Shown here: positions 26,882 to 37,087 of the stretch, in pieces
How the letters are laid out: every line of letters starts with the position of its first letter
Position numbering within the stretch: position 1 is the stretch's first letter
Assembly: GCA_041658955.1 (NCBI GenBank)
Contig: JBAZZE010000004.1
Location: 1 to 57,031 of the forward strand
Direction of reading: 5' to 3'
Source: Candidatus Shapirobacteria bacterium
Lineage (GTDB): Bacteria > Patescibacteriota > Microgenomatia > UBA12405
DNA length: 57,031 bases
Notes under the pieces: model-generated
Seen by the model: the letters and a program-made list of their open reading frames with translations, nothing else
Databases searched by the model: none
What the model was told of the DNA's origin: nothing
Translations under genes and position numbers: made by a program

Positions 26882-29522
26882 AACTCAATTCTTTAAAGCT
26901 CATGTTCGGTGATACTGCTGTGTGAGCTAAAATAATATATTTCCATGGTTTACCTCGATTTGCAGAATTAAACTTTGTAGCAGCTTCGCAGTATTTTTTA
27001 CCGGCTTCTGCTTTTTCTTGAACTTCTGAATCATCCATGTCGCGCTCTGCTTTAATTTCGACAAGGTAAATAATTTCTTTTGTTTCAACTACAAAATCAG
27101 GTTCGTATTGTAGTGAATTTCTCTTCCAATATAGCCAAAACTGAGTTTTTGCAGGTCGAAGCCATTTTAATACATCTCTGTCATCTTCGAGTATTGTGGC
27201 GAAATCCTTTTCTGCTTTTGAATCAAATTTATAAAGATTATGACTAGCTTTTTTAAATCCACCGAACACTTTGGTAGAGATCATGTTGGTTGGGGTGATA
27301 GTTTCTGTAAAATGATGAATTTTATCAACTGTATATTTTGAAAAATTATGTGGTTTTATTTCAGTGAATGGAAAAACGTCTGGATCTTTGTAAGCACCAG
27401 TTTCTATGTAAAAATTTTGTTGAAGTTGAGCATAAATAAATTGTCCGATCTCTCTCTTGTGGTAAAGCACAATATTCTTTAAATCTTCTTCACTTCGCCC
27501 ACTGCCTAGCTTTGCTAAAGCTTGGTCTACTAACTTGTGAAGTAGTACAGATTCACGGTCATAATCAACCTCGGGATAATTAACGAGCTCGTTCATAATA
27601 ATGTTGCTTGGGATATCTCGCTCAACACCGCTTTCAGTGCTTTGTAATACTTCACTTAAGTTAGTGCGTAAGGTGCGCCTTACGATCTCTTCTGAAACGG
27701 GCTGATAATTTAGACCTGTAACATCGAGTTGAAAATCATGGAATCCAGATTTAGTTTCATTGCTTTGTTGGACAAGAATTCTCGGAATTGGAATCGTTTT
27801 AGAAATAAGTTCCTCTACAACTGCTTCATATTCCTTTTCAGCAGCAACAACTATTTGATCTTTAAATAAATTCTGCTGAGGTGTATTTTCAATATGCTCC
27901 ACCATCTTTTTGATGGCTAGCTTTTGAACGTCGCTACTCTTTAACTCGTCGATGTTTTTTATCTGACTTCCGAGCGAACTAACTGCATCTACAATCATTT
28001 GTTGGGCATCAAGTTTAAACTCAGCAGTTCTCCGTTCTTCTTCATTTTGTAACTTCGCAATTTGTACGCGCTGTTCATTAAATGAAGATTGCATTGTAGA
28101 GGGTGAAGTTATAACTTCCTGATCGGCAGGAAGTGCGTTTGGATCAATTTCTACGATATTTTCTTTACGGATGATTGAATTTGGATCATTGGCTGCATCA
28201 ACGATAGACTGGAAACGATCATGGGCGATAATCGTCAACTTATCTACTTTCTCAACACCTGTTCGCGCCCCGTATGGTAAACGCAGTCCACGACCTATTG
28301 TTTGCTCCGTTAATATCTGAGAATTAGCAGCGCGGAGAGGAATAATCGTATATAGATTGGTGACATCCCAACCCTCCTTCAGCATGTTAACGTGAATAAC
28401 AATTTCGACAGTATTATCTTCTTTTTCCAATGCTAATAATTTTTGGACATTTTCTTCCTTCTCTTCACCCCGCTGATTCGAGTGTATTTCGATAACTTTT
28501 CCTTTGTATCTGCCCTCAAAGAATTGTTCAGACTCAATCACATCATGAATTTCTTTAGCGTGATCGGTATCTTTAGCAACGACAAGTACAAACGGACGAA
28601 CCAACCTATTGCCTGTGTCTCGAGAATAAATGTCGAGTGCGACCTTGGTGTCCTCATGAATACGAACCCCATCTTCCAATTTAATTAAATCAAGTTCTTT
28701 CGGGTCATTCTTGTATTGATCAGGGTTAAAGTTACGTCGTGTGGCAATGGCCGGTTCTTTTACAAATCCATCCTGTAAAGCCTTCGCCAATGGATAGTCG
28801 TATACAACATTCTTAAAAGTTACTCCATGAGAATCAATTGGGGTAGCAGTCAGCTCAAGTCCTAAAATTGGTTTTAGTTCATTTATTGCTTTTAATCCTG
28901 AATCAGCTCGGTAGTGATGTGATTCATCCATCAGAAGGACTAGGTCGGGCAATCCGGCAAGATAATTAAAGTATGATTCTCCCAAGTACTCAGAGAGTCT
29001 CTTAATTCGAGGCTCACGACCGCCGCGCACTTCTGAGTTAATCTTTGAAATGTTAAAGATATTGATACGTATAGTTTCACCTAGCATTTGTTGGGCATTC
29101 GCATATGTATCACCAGTCACAATGCGGGGGCCGAAGACTGCAAACTCAGAAATACCTTTAAACACATACTTAGGACTCTGTGGATTAGACAAGTCGTCAA
29201 TTAATTTGTTGTAGATTGTTAGGTTAGGCGCTAATACAAAATAATTTTGTATCCCCTTAGCTGAGTAGAGATAGGCGATAAACGCACCCATCAATCGAGT
29301 TTTACCTACACCCGTAGCAAGTGAAAAACATAATGAGGGGAATTCTCTCTCAAAATCAGAGCAAGTCGGATACATTGCACGAACCTTGGCTAGTTGGCTT
29401 ACTACATCCACTTCGTTTTTTAGTTCGAGAGTGTCAGTAATCTTTTGCAATATTTCCAAACTCTCTGCTTGCGGTTTACGCAGACTTAATCTATTTTTGA
29501 TTGTTTGAGCTTTACTGTTCAT
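26871..29522 (-). CDS. res: Type III restriction enzyme Res subunit
   Basis: LSLRKPQ, LATGVGKT, MDESHHY, LKEGWDV, QTIGRGLR, C-terminal YEPDFVV...VEIK. Confidence 0.9.
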   Translation of the reverse strand: MNSKAQTIKNRLSLRKPQAESLEILQKITDTLELKNEVDVVSQLAKVRAMYPTCSDFEREFPSLCFSLATGVGKTRLMGAFIAYLYSAKGIQNYFVLAPNLTIYNKLIDDLSNPQSPKYVFKGISEFAVFGPRIVTGDTYANAQQMLGETIRINIFNISKINSEVRGGREPRIKRLSEYLGESYFNYLAGLPDLVLLMDESHHYRADSGLKAINELKPILGLELTATPIDSHGVTFKNVVYDYPLAKALQDGFVKEPAIATRRNFNPDQYKNDPKELDLIKLEDGVRIHEDTKVALDIYSRDTGNRLVRPFVLVVAKDTDHAKEIHDVIESEQFFEGRYKGKVIEIHSNQRGEEKEENVQKLLALEKEDNTVEIVIHVNMLKEGWDVTNLYTIIPLRAANSQILTEQTIGRGLRLPYGARTGVEKVDKLTIIAHDRFQSIVDAANDPNSIIRKENIVEIDPNALPADQEVITSPSTMQSSFNEQRVQIAKLQNEEERRTAEFKLDAQQMIVDAVSSLGSQIKNIDELKSSDVQKLAIKKMVEHIENTPQQNLFKDQIVVAAEKEYEAVVEELISKTIPIPRILVQQSNETKSGFHDFQLDVTGLNYQPVSEEIVRRTLRTNLSEVLQSTESGVERDIPSNIIMNELVNYPEVDYDRESVLLHKLVDQALAKLGSGRSEEDLKNIVLYHKREIGQFIYAQLQQNFYIETGAYKDPDVFPFTEIKPHNFSKYTVDKIHHFTETITPTNMISTKVFGGFKKASHNLYKFDSKAEKDFATILEDDRDVLKWLRPAKTQFWLYWKRNSLQYEPDFVVETKEIIYLVEIKAERDMDDSEVQEKAEAGKKYCEAATKFNSANRGKPWKYIILAHTAVSPNMSFKELSSRQ

Positions 29523-31110
29523 CTTGTGCCTCGTTTGATTCTTCTGCTTCCTCCATAGTTGCTTTCACAATATTCAGATCATAGTTATCCTTAGCAAATT
29601 CACATTTTCCAAGAATCATTTGAGGAATCTTCTTAATAGTTACGTTTGAATAGTGACTTTCGCTACCTGGTGCAAAAGATTTTGCGCATATTAACAAGCT
29701 CTCATTTTCAGTCATTTGTGTATGAATAGCGTCGAGTTGTTCCTTTGTAACAAAGCCCGTAGTTACAAAAATATAATCTGTTTCTGTGGATCTCCCTTGT
29801 TTCCAGTAAATCGCTTCATCAGGAGAATACTTGAATCCTTCATGCTTGCACATTGCAGCGGCCAACATATTGGCATTGTATTGTTCATCGATTACAAAGT
29901 TTCCAAAGCTATCTTTACGGAGAAGCGAGGGGGCAAGATTATAAAACTTAAAACCACCTCCACCTTTCCAATCAAGAGTCTCTGATAGTGGTAAACCATC
30001 ATTACCATCAACTACTTTTTTGAGTCTTGGAAGACAGTGCGTAGAAGCATGTTCACCAAACTCGATACCAATATGTTTCCTACCCATCTTGTGTGCCACT
30101 GCTGACGTAGTACCAGAACCCAAAAAGCTATCTAATACCCAATCACCAGGCTTCGTACTTAATTCAAGAACTCTTTTAATCAATCGTTCGGGCTTAGGTG
30201 TATCAAATGGATCAGTATTAAAAAGTATCTTCATCTCACGTTTAGCTTCTTGGTTGTCTCCGACCTCGACACGATACCATATAGTTTTAGAAACCAAGCC
30301 TTCTTGAACCTCTGACAGAAATAGCTTTAATCTTGGAACGTTGCTCCCGCTTTTACCAAAATACACGCGATTATCCTTAACTAATTCCTCAAATTTTAAT
30401 TTAGAAATTGACCAACAACGGCTTTGAGTTGGATTAACAACCTTTCCACTTGGAGTTGTTATTGGATAGTCAGTTGATGCATTATAAGTTTTAACAGTCA
30501 TATCAGAAGATGCCCAGATTCCCCTTGGATCGTTGTCGGGATTTTTAAACCGTTTATCAGTATCAGAGGTCCGAGGGAGCATTTGGGGTCGCCATATTTC
30601 TTTATTATTAGCGTAAACGAGGACGTGATCGTGGCTATCAGATAACCATTTAGCATCATTCTGTGGAGAAAATTTCTTTTCCCATATAACATTTGCAACA
30701 AAGTTATTTCTTCCAAATACTTCATCACAAAGAACTTTTAAATAGTGGCTCTCGTCATCATCAATTGAAATCCAGATACTACCCTCAGTTGGGTGAAGTA
30801 ACGTTTTTAGAATCTCAAGTCTTGGTTTAATTAAACTAAGCCATGTAGAATGTTCTAAGTTATCGTCATAGTGTTCAAAAGCACTACCGGTGTTATAAGG
30901 CGGATCGATATAGATACACTTAATTAGTCCAGCATAGTCTTGTTCTAAAGCTTTTAAGGCTAATAAATTATCACCATAAATAAGCATGTTTTCGGAGTTT
31001 GGATCACCATGCGATTTATTTGGATCTTCAATAAGGATTCGAGGCTCAAGTTTAATCTCCTGATCTTTTCCGATCCATGTCAGCTCTAATTTTTGCTTCT
31101 TGTCAGTCAT
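29512..31110 (-). CDS. mod: Type III Mod N6-adenine DNA methyltransferase
   Basis: KLELTWIGK, GDNL, YIDPPYNTG, FDTPKPE, VLDSFLGSGTT. Confidence 0.92.
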   Translation of the reverse strand: MTDKKQKLELTWIGKDQEIKLEPRILIEDPNKSHGDPNSENMLIYGDNLLALKALEQDYAGLIKCIYIDPPYNTGSAFEHYDDNLEHSTWLSLIKPRLEILKTLLHPTEGSIWISIDDDESHYLKVLCDEVFGRNNFVANVIWEKKFSPQNDAKWLSDSHDHVLVYANNKEIWRPQMLPRTSDTDKRFKNPDNDPRGIWASSDMTVKTYNASTDYPITTPSGKVVNPTQSRCWSISKLKFEELVKDNRVYFGKSGSNVPRLKLFLSEVQEGLVSKTIWYRVEVGDNQEAKREMKILFNTDPFDTPKPERLIKRVLELSTKPGDWVLDSFLGSGTTSAVAHKMGRKHIGIEFGEHASTHCLPRLKKVVDGNDGLPLSETLDWKGGGGFKFYNLAPSLLRKDSFGNFVIDEQYNANMLAAAMCKHEGFKYSPDEAIYWKQGRSTETDYIFVTTGFVTKEQLDAIHTQMTENESLLICAKSFAPGSESHYSNVTIKKIPQMILGKCEFAKDNYDLNIVKATMEEAEESNEAQDEQ

Positions 31111-31114
31111 AGTC

Positions 31115-34100
31115 TTATATTATCTTCCATTTAATCGTAAACAAGGTCTCAAGTTTTGCTTGTTGAGCTAGTCTTGCCTCGACAGACTCGAGTAATTTTT
31201 CTTTCTTTAATTCTACATCATCTTGAGTCTCAAATAACCGTCTTCTCATGTCATTACGCTTCTTTTCCCAATCCTTAATTTCTCGTTGTGCTTTTAATTT
31301 CTCATCAAGATTGATTATTTTCTTTGCATTTGTCTTAGCAGTCTTTATATCAATATCAAGCTTTCTCAGATCGATTTCTAGACCTTTTTTAACGTCTTCT
31401 GCCCAATTATCGAGCTTATCTACCTCGTGATCAAAGAAGCTACCATTGCGCTCGGCAATCTGAGTAGAAACGATCTTTATGTATTTATCTTCCAACTCAT
31501 TCAATTTGCCCTTATTCTCATCTGAAATTTGTTCTGGGGTGGTAGAGTCTGCGGATAATTGGAATATTTTCTTCATAATTTCGGGTTCTATAACATCTCC
31601 GGAGTCCGTAATAGCAGAGAGGATGATATTATCCTCGGCTTCAAAAGATTCGACAGTAAAGTTGGATATTTTTAACATTCCCCCCATTCCGATAAATGGC
31701 TGAAGGACTGAAATGATTGTTTGGTTATCTGAATAATTAAAAATAATTTCTGTTTCGTCTGACGGCTTTGACTTGATATCAGCTAATATTCGTTGAGCAA
31801 GCGAATGACCGGGGCGATAAACGTGTGCATCTTCAATATTTTTGCCAATCTTATATGGACCAGCATCAATTTCTTCGTTGGGGAAAGGGTTATTTTTCAA
31901 TACGAATGAATATTCATGTTCAGCAAATTCTGCATTGTCACCAAGATAATACCTCGTTGTATCCCACAGCCACCGGTTATACGTGTCGAGGTACATCGTG
32001 CTTTCTCGCAGATTGAGTTTAAGTTTTTCATGAACTTCTGCATCGAAGTTCTCAAGGAGAGTTTGGCGAGTTTCGGATAGATTATTCTGAATACTGTCAT
32101 CCATTTCTTCCTGTAGTTTATCGAAAGCAGTATTAATTTCTTCCGTCGTTCGACAATCCTGATAGATTGCAGCGATTCGCTTTTCAAAATCAACACCTGA
32201 CTCGATATTACCCAAGACCTCATCACTTGCTCCAAACACGCCTTTAAATAGCTTGAATTTTTGATCTAGTAGGTCGTACACGCGACTATCCGCTGCATTT
32301 TTACGGTTCACAAAGTTAATTACCACAACGTCATGCTTCTGACCATATCGATGACATCTTCCAATCCGTTGTTCAATACGCTGAGGATTCCATGGCAAGT
32401 CATAATTAATGACCAGAGAACAAAATTGTAAATTCACACCTTCCGCGGCAGCCTCTGTTGCAATCATTATGTCTGCTTCGTCATGGAAGTAATCGATGAG
32501 AGCTGACCTCATGTCTGCGGTCTTTGACCCCGTGAGCTTATCAGTATCTTTATTTCTCTCAAGCCAATTCTTGTAAATTTCTTTTGATTTTGGATCGTTA
32601 TTTGATCCGTTGAACAAAACAATTTTATCCTTGTATCCATTTTCCGGAAGAAGGGTTTCGGATAAATACTTTTGGGTAATAGTCGATTCAGTAAAGATGA
32701 TTGCTTTTTGCTTTGCTCCGAGATCTTTCGTCATCTCAAAACCTTTTTTCAAGGCAACAAGAAGTGCATCTCCTTTTGAATTGGTAAAAATGGCTTTTGC
32801 TAAACCTCTAAATTTCTCCAAGTCTTTCTTTTCCTGTTCCATGAGTGGAATATCGTCTTTGGTATAGACCTTAGATTTCTTGGTTGAATCTTCATCCTCG
32901 TCACCCTCCTCATCGTCTATCCATTCCTCGGACATTTCCTCAAATCCCTCAAAGTTTTGGGCAAGATCTGTGGTGTCAAACTCAGGTGGCATTGTTTCAA
33001 GCTTTTTCTTGGTTTCATCAATAACTAGACCGAGTTTAATTACGAGATTATTTAGGGTACTAGCAATGGCAAACGAAGATGATGCCAGAAGTTTACGCAA
33101 AATAAGCGTCATCAGTTGGCGTTGACTTGAGGGAAGTGCATACAGCGCTGGTCGTTGTAAATATTCCGACATACCGTCATACAATTCAATTTCTTGTTTT
33201 GTTGGTATGTAGTCTTGGGTAATTGGTTTACGTTCAGTGTATTTAATGTATTCCAACACTTGTCTACGAAGCGTACGAATACATACTGGCTTTAATCGAT
33301 TCCGCAGGTCAGTAAATAGAAGTTGTTTTGGATCGAGTATTTCATCTTCATCTGGTAATCCCATTTCTCTGGTAACAACACCTTTTCCAACACCTGATTC
33401 AGTAGACCATTTAATATCTTTTATGTGACTTGTAAGCTCCTGTTCTCTTGGAGCATGGGAATAGTTAGCTTTAAAACTTTTTAGATCACCAAATACATGA
33501 TCATCAATAATGCTCACTAAACCATAAAGTTCTAAGAGCGAATTTTGTAGAGGAGTAGCAGTCAATAGAATCTTTGGTACATCTGAAAGTGAGTACTTTA
33601 TTTCACGAGCTATTTTATTACTGGTCTTGTAAACATTTCTTAAGCGGTGAGCCTCATCGATAACCGATAAATCCCATTTGGTTTGTTTGACATACGGAGC
33701 TTTGCTTCTCGCAAAATGATATGAACAAATAATAATCTTATCTTCTTGATTAAATGGGTTCAGGTTGCCGTCTTTTATAGCCTGGTTAAATGATTTAGCT
33801 TCTAATATTACTGAGGGCAAGAAAAACTTTTCCTGCAATTCCATGTTCCATTGCTTTCGTAGTGCTGCGGGAACAATCAAAAGTATTTTTCGTTTTCTCT
33901 CTGCCCATTTTTGAGATAGGACGAGGCCAGCTTCAATAGTTTTGCCAAGTCCTACTTCATCAGCTAATATGGCACCCATAGATAGCGGTGACTTAAAAGC
34001 AAATAAAGCTGCTTCAATTTGATGAGGATTTAGGTCTACTTGAGCATTTGAGAGGGTTGAAGATAATTTTTCTAAACTATCGGATGAACATCTCTTGGTT

Positions 34101-34168
34101 AGTTCATATGCAAAGTATTTGGCGTGATATGGAGTTATTTTTTGCATAGAATGATCTGATTTTATCAC
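31115..34168 (-). CDS. SNF2-family helicase co-transcribed with mod-res
   Basis: LADEVGLGKT, IDEAHRL, TATPLQN, ATEAAAEGVNL, QRIGRCHRYGQ; C-terminal coiled coil. Confidence 0.9.
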   Translation of the reverse strand: MIKSDHSMQKITPYHAKYFAYELTKRCSSDSLEKLSSTLSNAQVDLNPHQIEAALFAFKSPLSMGAILADEVGLGKTIEAGLVLSQKWAERKRKILLIVPAALRKQWNMELQEKFFLPSVILEAKSFNQAIKDGNLNPFNQEDKIIICSYHFARSKAPYVKQTKWDLSVIDEAHRLRNVYKTSNKIAREIKYSLSDVPKILLTATPLQNSLLELYGLVSIIDDHVFGDLKSFKANYSHAPREQELTSHIKDIKWSTESGVGKGVVTREMGLPDEDEILDPKQLLFTDLRNRLKPVCIRTLRRQVLEYIKYTERKPITQDYIPTKQEIELYDGMSEYLQRPALYALPSSQRQLMTLILRKLLASSSFAIASTLNNLVIKLGLVIDETKKKLETMPPEFDTTDLAQNFEGFEEMSEEWIDDEEGDEDEDSTKKSKVYTKDDIPLMEQEKKDLEKFRGLAKAIFTNSKGDALLVALKKGFEMTKDLGAKQKAIIFTESTITQKYLSETLLPENGYKDKIVLFNGSNNDPKSKEIYKNWLERNKDTDKLTGSKTADMRSALIDYFHDEADIMIATEAAAEGVNLQFCSLVINYDLPWNPQRIEQRIGRCHRYGQKHDVVVINFVNRKNAADSRVYDLLDQKFKLFKGVFGASDEVLGNIESGVDFEKRIAAIYQDCRTTEEINTAFDKLQEEMDDSIQNNLSETRQTLLENFDAEVHEKLKLNLRESTMYLDTYNRWLWDTTRYYLGDNAEFAEHEYSFVLKNNPFPNEEIDAGPYKIGKNIEDAHVYRPGHSLAQRILADIKSKPSDETEIIFNYSDNQTIISVLQPFIGMGGMLKISNFTVESFEAEDNIILSAITDSGDVIEPEIMKKIFQLSADSTTPEQISDENKGKLNELEDKYIKIVSTQIAERNGSFFDHEVDKLDNWAEDVKKGLEIDLRKLDIDIKTAKTNAKKIINLDEKLKAQREIKDWEKKRNDMRRRLFETQDDVELKKEKLLESVEARLAQQAKLETLFTIKWKII

Positions 34169-34237
34169 TTTTTATCTTGAATCGTACTCAACTATATTGA
34201 ACATGTAGTATTTTAATTGTTGCAACGCGCTAACCCA

Positions 34238-34266
34238 TTGACTTTGCCTCTGGACTGTATCATAAT
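34238..34266 (+). promoter_or_regulatory. Sigma70 promoter of the T4SS operon
   Basis: TTGACT-17 nt-CATAAT. Confidence 0.7.
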
Positions 34267-34287
34267 CCCCTCAAGTTCAGAAGAGCT

Positions 34288-34310
34288 GCCCCTCCGATAG
34301 GGGCTTTTTT
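34288..34310 (+). terminator. Intrinsic terminator-like hairpin in the operon leader
   Basis: GCCCCT-CCGAT-AGGGGC followed by TTTTTT. Confidence 0.7.
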
Positions 34311-34364
34311 GTAGCCAGACCTGCCAAACTATTAACAAATTATTTATTTGTAAGGAGGTGGGTT

Positions 34365-34700
34365 ATGAACAAAAAATTAATCACATTATCTTCACTAGCC
34401 ATAACCGCGCTAGCATTTGCATCTCCGGCCTACGCTGCAACAGGTGACGTAGCCAACATCGAAACATTCATCAAGAGTGTCATTCTCATTCTCGTTAAAG
34501 TCGCAGGTCTCGTATCTGCTGGATTCTTTGTCTGGGGTGGATTTGGATATATTACTAGCTCGGGCAATCCAGAGATGCTCGACCGCTCCAAGAAAACTAT
34601 TTTGTACTCTGCAATCGGACTGGCAGTAGTACTAGGTGCATTTGTCTTGACCAACATCGTATCTGACTTGGCGACCGGTGCATTTGGTGCCACGCAGTAA
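34365..34700 (+). CDS. VirB2/TrbC-like pilin
   Basis: Signal peptide ending AYA, two hydrophobic segments, GGFGYITSSGNPE...SKKTI; SD AAGGAGGTG. Confidence 0.8.
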   Translation: MNKKLITLSSLAITALAFASPAYAATGDVANIETFIKSVILILVKVAGLVSAGFFVWGGFGYITSSGNPEMLDRSKKTILYSAIGLAVVLGAFVLTNIVSDLATGAFGATQ

Positions 34701-34728
34701 ATACAAAATATGCACAACATAAAACATT

Positions 34729-36006
34729 ATGCGAAAACTGATGCTCTTGGCCGGTATCTTACTGACTTCGTTATTCTTCCCTCATTCTGTCTTGGCCGCA
34801 TCACCAATTCCTGAGATTAGCTCGTTTACTTCTGATACGCTCAAGATAATTACTTTGATTGCTTCAGCTTCTGCCGTATTTTTTCTACTACGCGGTGGAT
34901 ACCTCTACATCACATCAACTGGTAGACCAGAGGCACTAGAAGAAGCCAAGAAAACAATTCGTAATGCTCTGCTTGGGCTCGTGCTTGTCATCGCGGCCAA
35001 TGGGATCGTTTCACTTCTACAAGGAGCACTGGTAGGCAATTCTGATAGTTCTACAATTACCAACCTTCCTCTTACTCAAATTGAGAGTGTAGCGCCTAAC
35101 GAGGGTTTAACCCAAGTTCTCATCGATGCTGTTAATGGCTTTATTCAAAACATTGTGGAAAGTTCCACAAAGCCAGTCGTGGATGGGATCATGACACTTC
35201 TTACAACAACTCCTGAATTACTGACAAACGCCACTATCGTCAAGTTCTGGCTCATCATGCTTGGTATAACCGACACACTCTTTGTACTGGTTGTGGCACT
35301 CTTGGGACTTCAATTTATGAGTGCATCCACATTCGGGTTTGAAGAAATCGAGTTTAAACACCTCCTACCCAGAATTGGGTTAGCGTTCCTCGGAACGAAT
35401 GTATCGTTATTTCTGGCGGATTACGCCGTAAAAACATGTAACGTACTTGTGGCAGGTGTAATATCTGCAACCGGAGGACTCAACCATGCATGGGTCACGA
35501 ACGCAATTACTCTACAAAATATTACAACTGGTACAGCTCCGCTCATCACTTTGATTTTTCTACTTCTGTTCTTGATCGTAGCGATTGTGCTTCTACTTAT
35601 GTATATCAGCCGTTTGATTGTTATAGCTCTTGGAGCTGTACTCTCTCCATTCATATTCTTACTTTGGACACTCCCTAAGACCGCCGACTTTGCTGAAATG
35701 GCAATTAAGAGCTATCTAGTCTCAGTATTTATGATTTTTATTCATGTCGTAACTATTCAACTGGCCGGATCATTCCTGGCACTACCTGAGCAAACCAATA
35801 ACTCACTAATCTCAATTGCGGTAGCCATTGGACTTTTACTCACGTTGCTTAAGATCCCAAGCTTCTTGATGCAACTAATTTTATTTTCTCGAAGTGTGGG
35901 AACGGTCAAACACATGGGAAGTCAGATTATTAACGTCATGAGTACTGATACAGCTCACAAAGGTACAGTTGGCTCCAAGACACCTAGAAAGACCTTAAAC
36001 GTATGA
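34729..36006 (+). CDS. Pilin-like domain fused to a VirB6/TrbL-like polytopic membrane protein
   Basis: N-terminal GGYLYITSTGRPE...AKKTI is paralogous to the upstream pilin; about 6 further TM helices with LSPFIF, LPKT. Confidence 0.72.
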   Translation: MRKLMLLAGILLTSLFFPHSVLAASPIPEISSFTSDTLKIITLIASASAVFFLLRGGYLYITSTGRPEALEEAKKTIRNALLGLVLVIAANGIVSLLQGALVGNSDSSTITNLPLTQIESVAPNEGLTQVLIDAVNGFIQNIVESSTKPVVDGIMTLLTTTPELLTNATIVKFWLIMLGITDTLFVLVVALLGLQFMSASTFGFEEIEFKHLLPRIGLAFLGTNVSLFLADYAVKTCNVLVAGVISATGGLNHAWVTNAITLQNITTGTAPLITLIFLLLFLIVAIVLLLMYISRLIVIALGAVLSPFIFLLWTLPKTADFAEMAIKSYLVSVFMIFIHVVTIQLAGSFLALPEQTNNSLISIAVAIGLLLTLLKIPSFLMQLILFSRSVGTVKHMGSQIINVMSTDTAHKGTVGSKTPRKTLNV

Positions 36007-36473
36007 GAACAACAATCATTCCAGCACAAATCACGACAGTTGAAGACAAAATCGCAGGATCTCTCAATTTCGCACAGATACTACTTCTGATGTTGCCTGT
36101 TCTCTGGGGGACACTGGTATATGCGATATTTATTCCAACGATGAAGCTAGCTCCGTACAAGGTAAGCTTGGTGCTATTGGTTAGTGCTACCTCACTTATT
36201 TTGGCGATCCGAGTTAAAGATAAAATCATTGCGGAATGGATTGGAATATTACTTCGCTACAAATTACGTCCGAAATTCTATATCTTCAATAAAAATGACA
36301 TAACTGAGCGGTTAGTTGATTTGCCATTTGAATCTGTAGCAAACCACAAAAAGGCAGTAGCAAAAACAACCAAGAGGCTCACTAAAGAACTGTCGGTCAA
36401 GGAGCTTATCAAATTTGAGCAGGCAATGGCATCAAAGAATCTGGCTGTATCGTTTCGGTACGGGAGGAAATGA
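36003..36473 (+). CDS. PrgI-family (VirB3-like) protein
   Basis: IPAQITTVEDKIAGSLNFAQ, two TM helices, RYKLRPKFY. Confidence 0.8.
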   Translation: MRTTIIPAQITTVEDKIAGSLNFAQILLLMLPVLWGTLVYAIFIPTMKLAPYKVSLVLLVSATSLILAIRVKDKIIAEWIGILLRYKLRPKFYIFNKNDITERLVDLPFESVANHKKAVAKTTKRLTKELSVKELIKFEQAMASKNLAVSFRYGRK

Positions 36474-37087
36474 CTATGACACTATTCAATAAATCTCAAT
36501 CATCGCGACAGCAAATACAAATCAAAAAAGTCTTGGATAATGTTCTGGTTTTGCCTAACCAGGAATATCGGTTGATTTTGGAAACCTCATCCATAAACTT
36601 CGAGCTCAAGAGTGAAGAGGAACAGGACGTCATGATCGATAGTTTCCAAAACTTTCTAAATGCCTTACCTTGCCAGATTCAAATCTTGGTACGAGTTCGT
36701 GAGATTGATATCGACAAATATGCTGAAGATGTGGCTAGATCAAAAGATAAAGAGAAAGATCCGATCTATCGCAAGCAAATCGAGGGATATAGTGCTTTTG
36801 TTAAAAAACTTGTATCTGGTAATAGCATTCTCTCAAGACGATTTTATATTGTCTTGCCGTATCACCACCCAGACCGGCACGAAGATTGGAAAGTAATCAA
36901 AGAACATTTAAATCTAAATCGCGATATTGTCGTCAAAGGCTTGGAGCGGATGCAGATGAAAGCTAAAACTCTCTCTAGTATCGAGATTATTAACTTGTTC
37001 TACAGTTTTTATAACCCTGAATCGGTTAAGACCCAGGCGGTTACAAAAGAAGCATTATCGGCATTATTCAAACACAATTATGTTTAA
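36470..37087 (+). CDS. VirB4-associated accessory T4SS protein
   Basis: SSINFELKSEEEQD...FLNAL, RRFYIVLP; between PrgI and VirB4. Confidence 0.68.
   Translation: MTMTLFNKSQSSRQQIQIKKVLDNVLVLPNQEYRLILETSSINFELKSEEEQDVMIDSFQNFLNALPCQIQILVRVREIDIDKYAEDVARSKDKEKDPIYRKQIEGYSAFVKKLVSGNSILSRRFYIVLPYHHPDRHEDWKVIKEHLNLNRDIVVKGLERMQMKAKTLSSIEIINLFYSFYNPESVKTQAVTKEALSALFKHNYV

Noticed and set aside
29512-31110. Phase-variable mod (phasevarion)
   Set aside because: No simple sequence repeat tract seen in or upstream of mod
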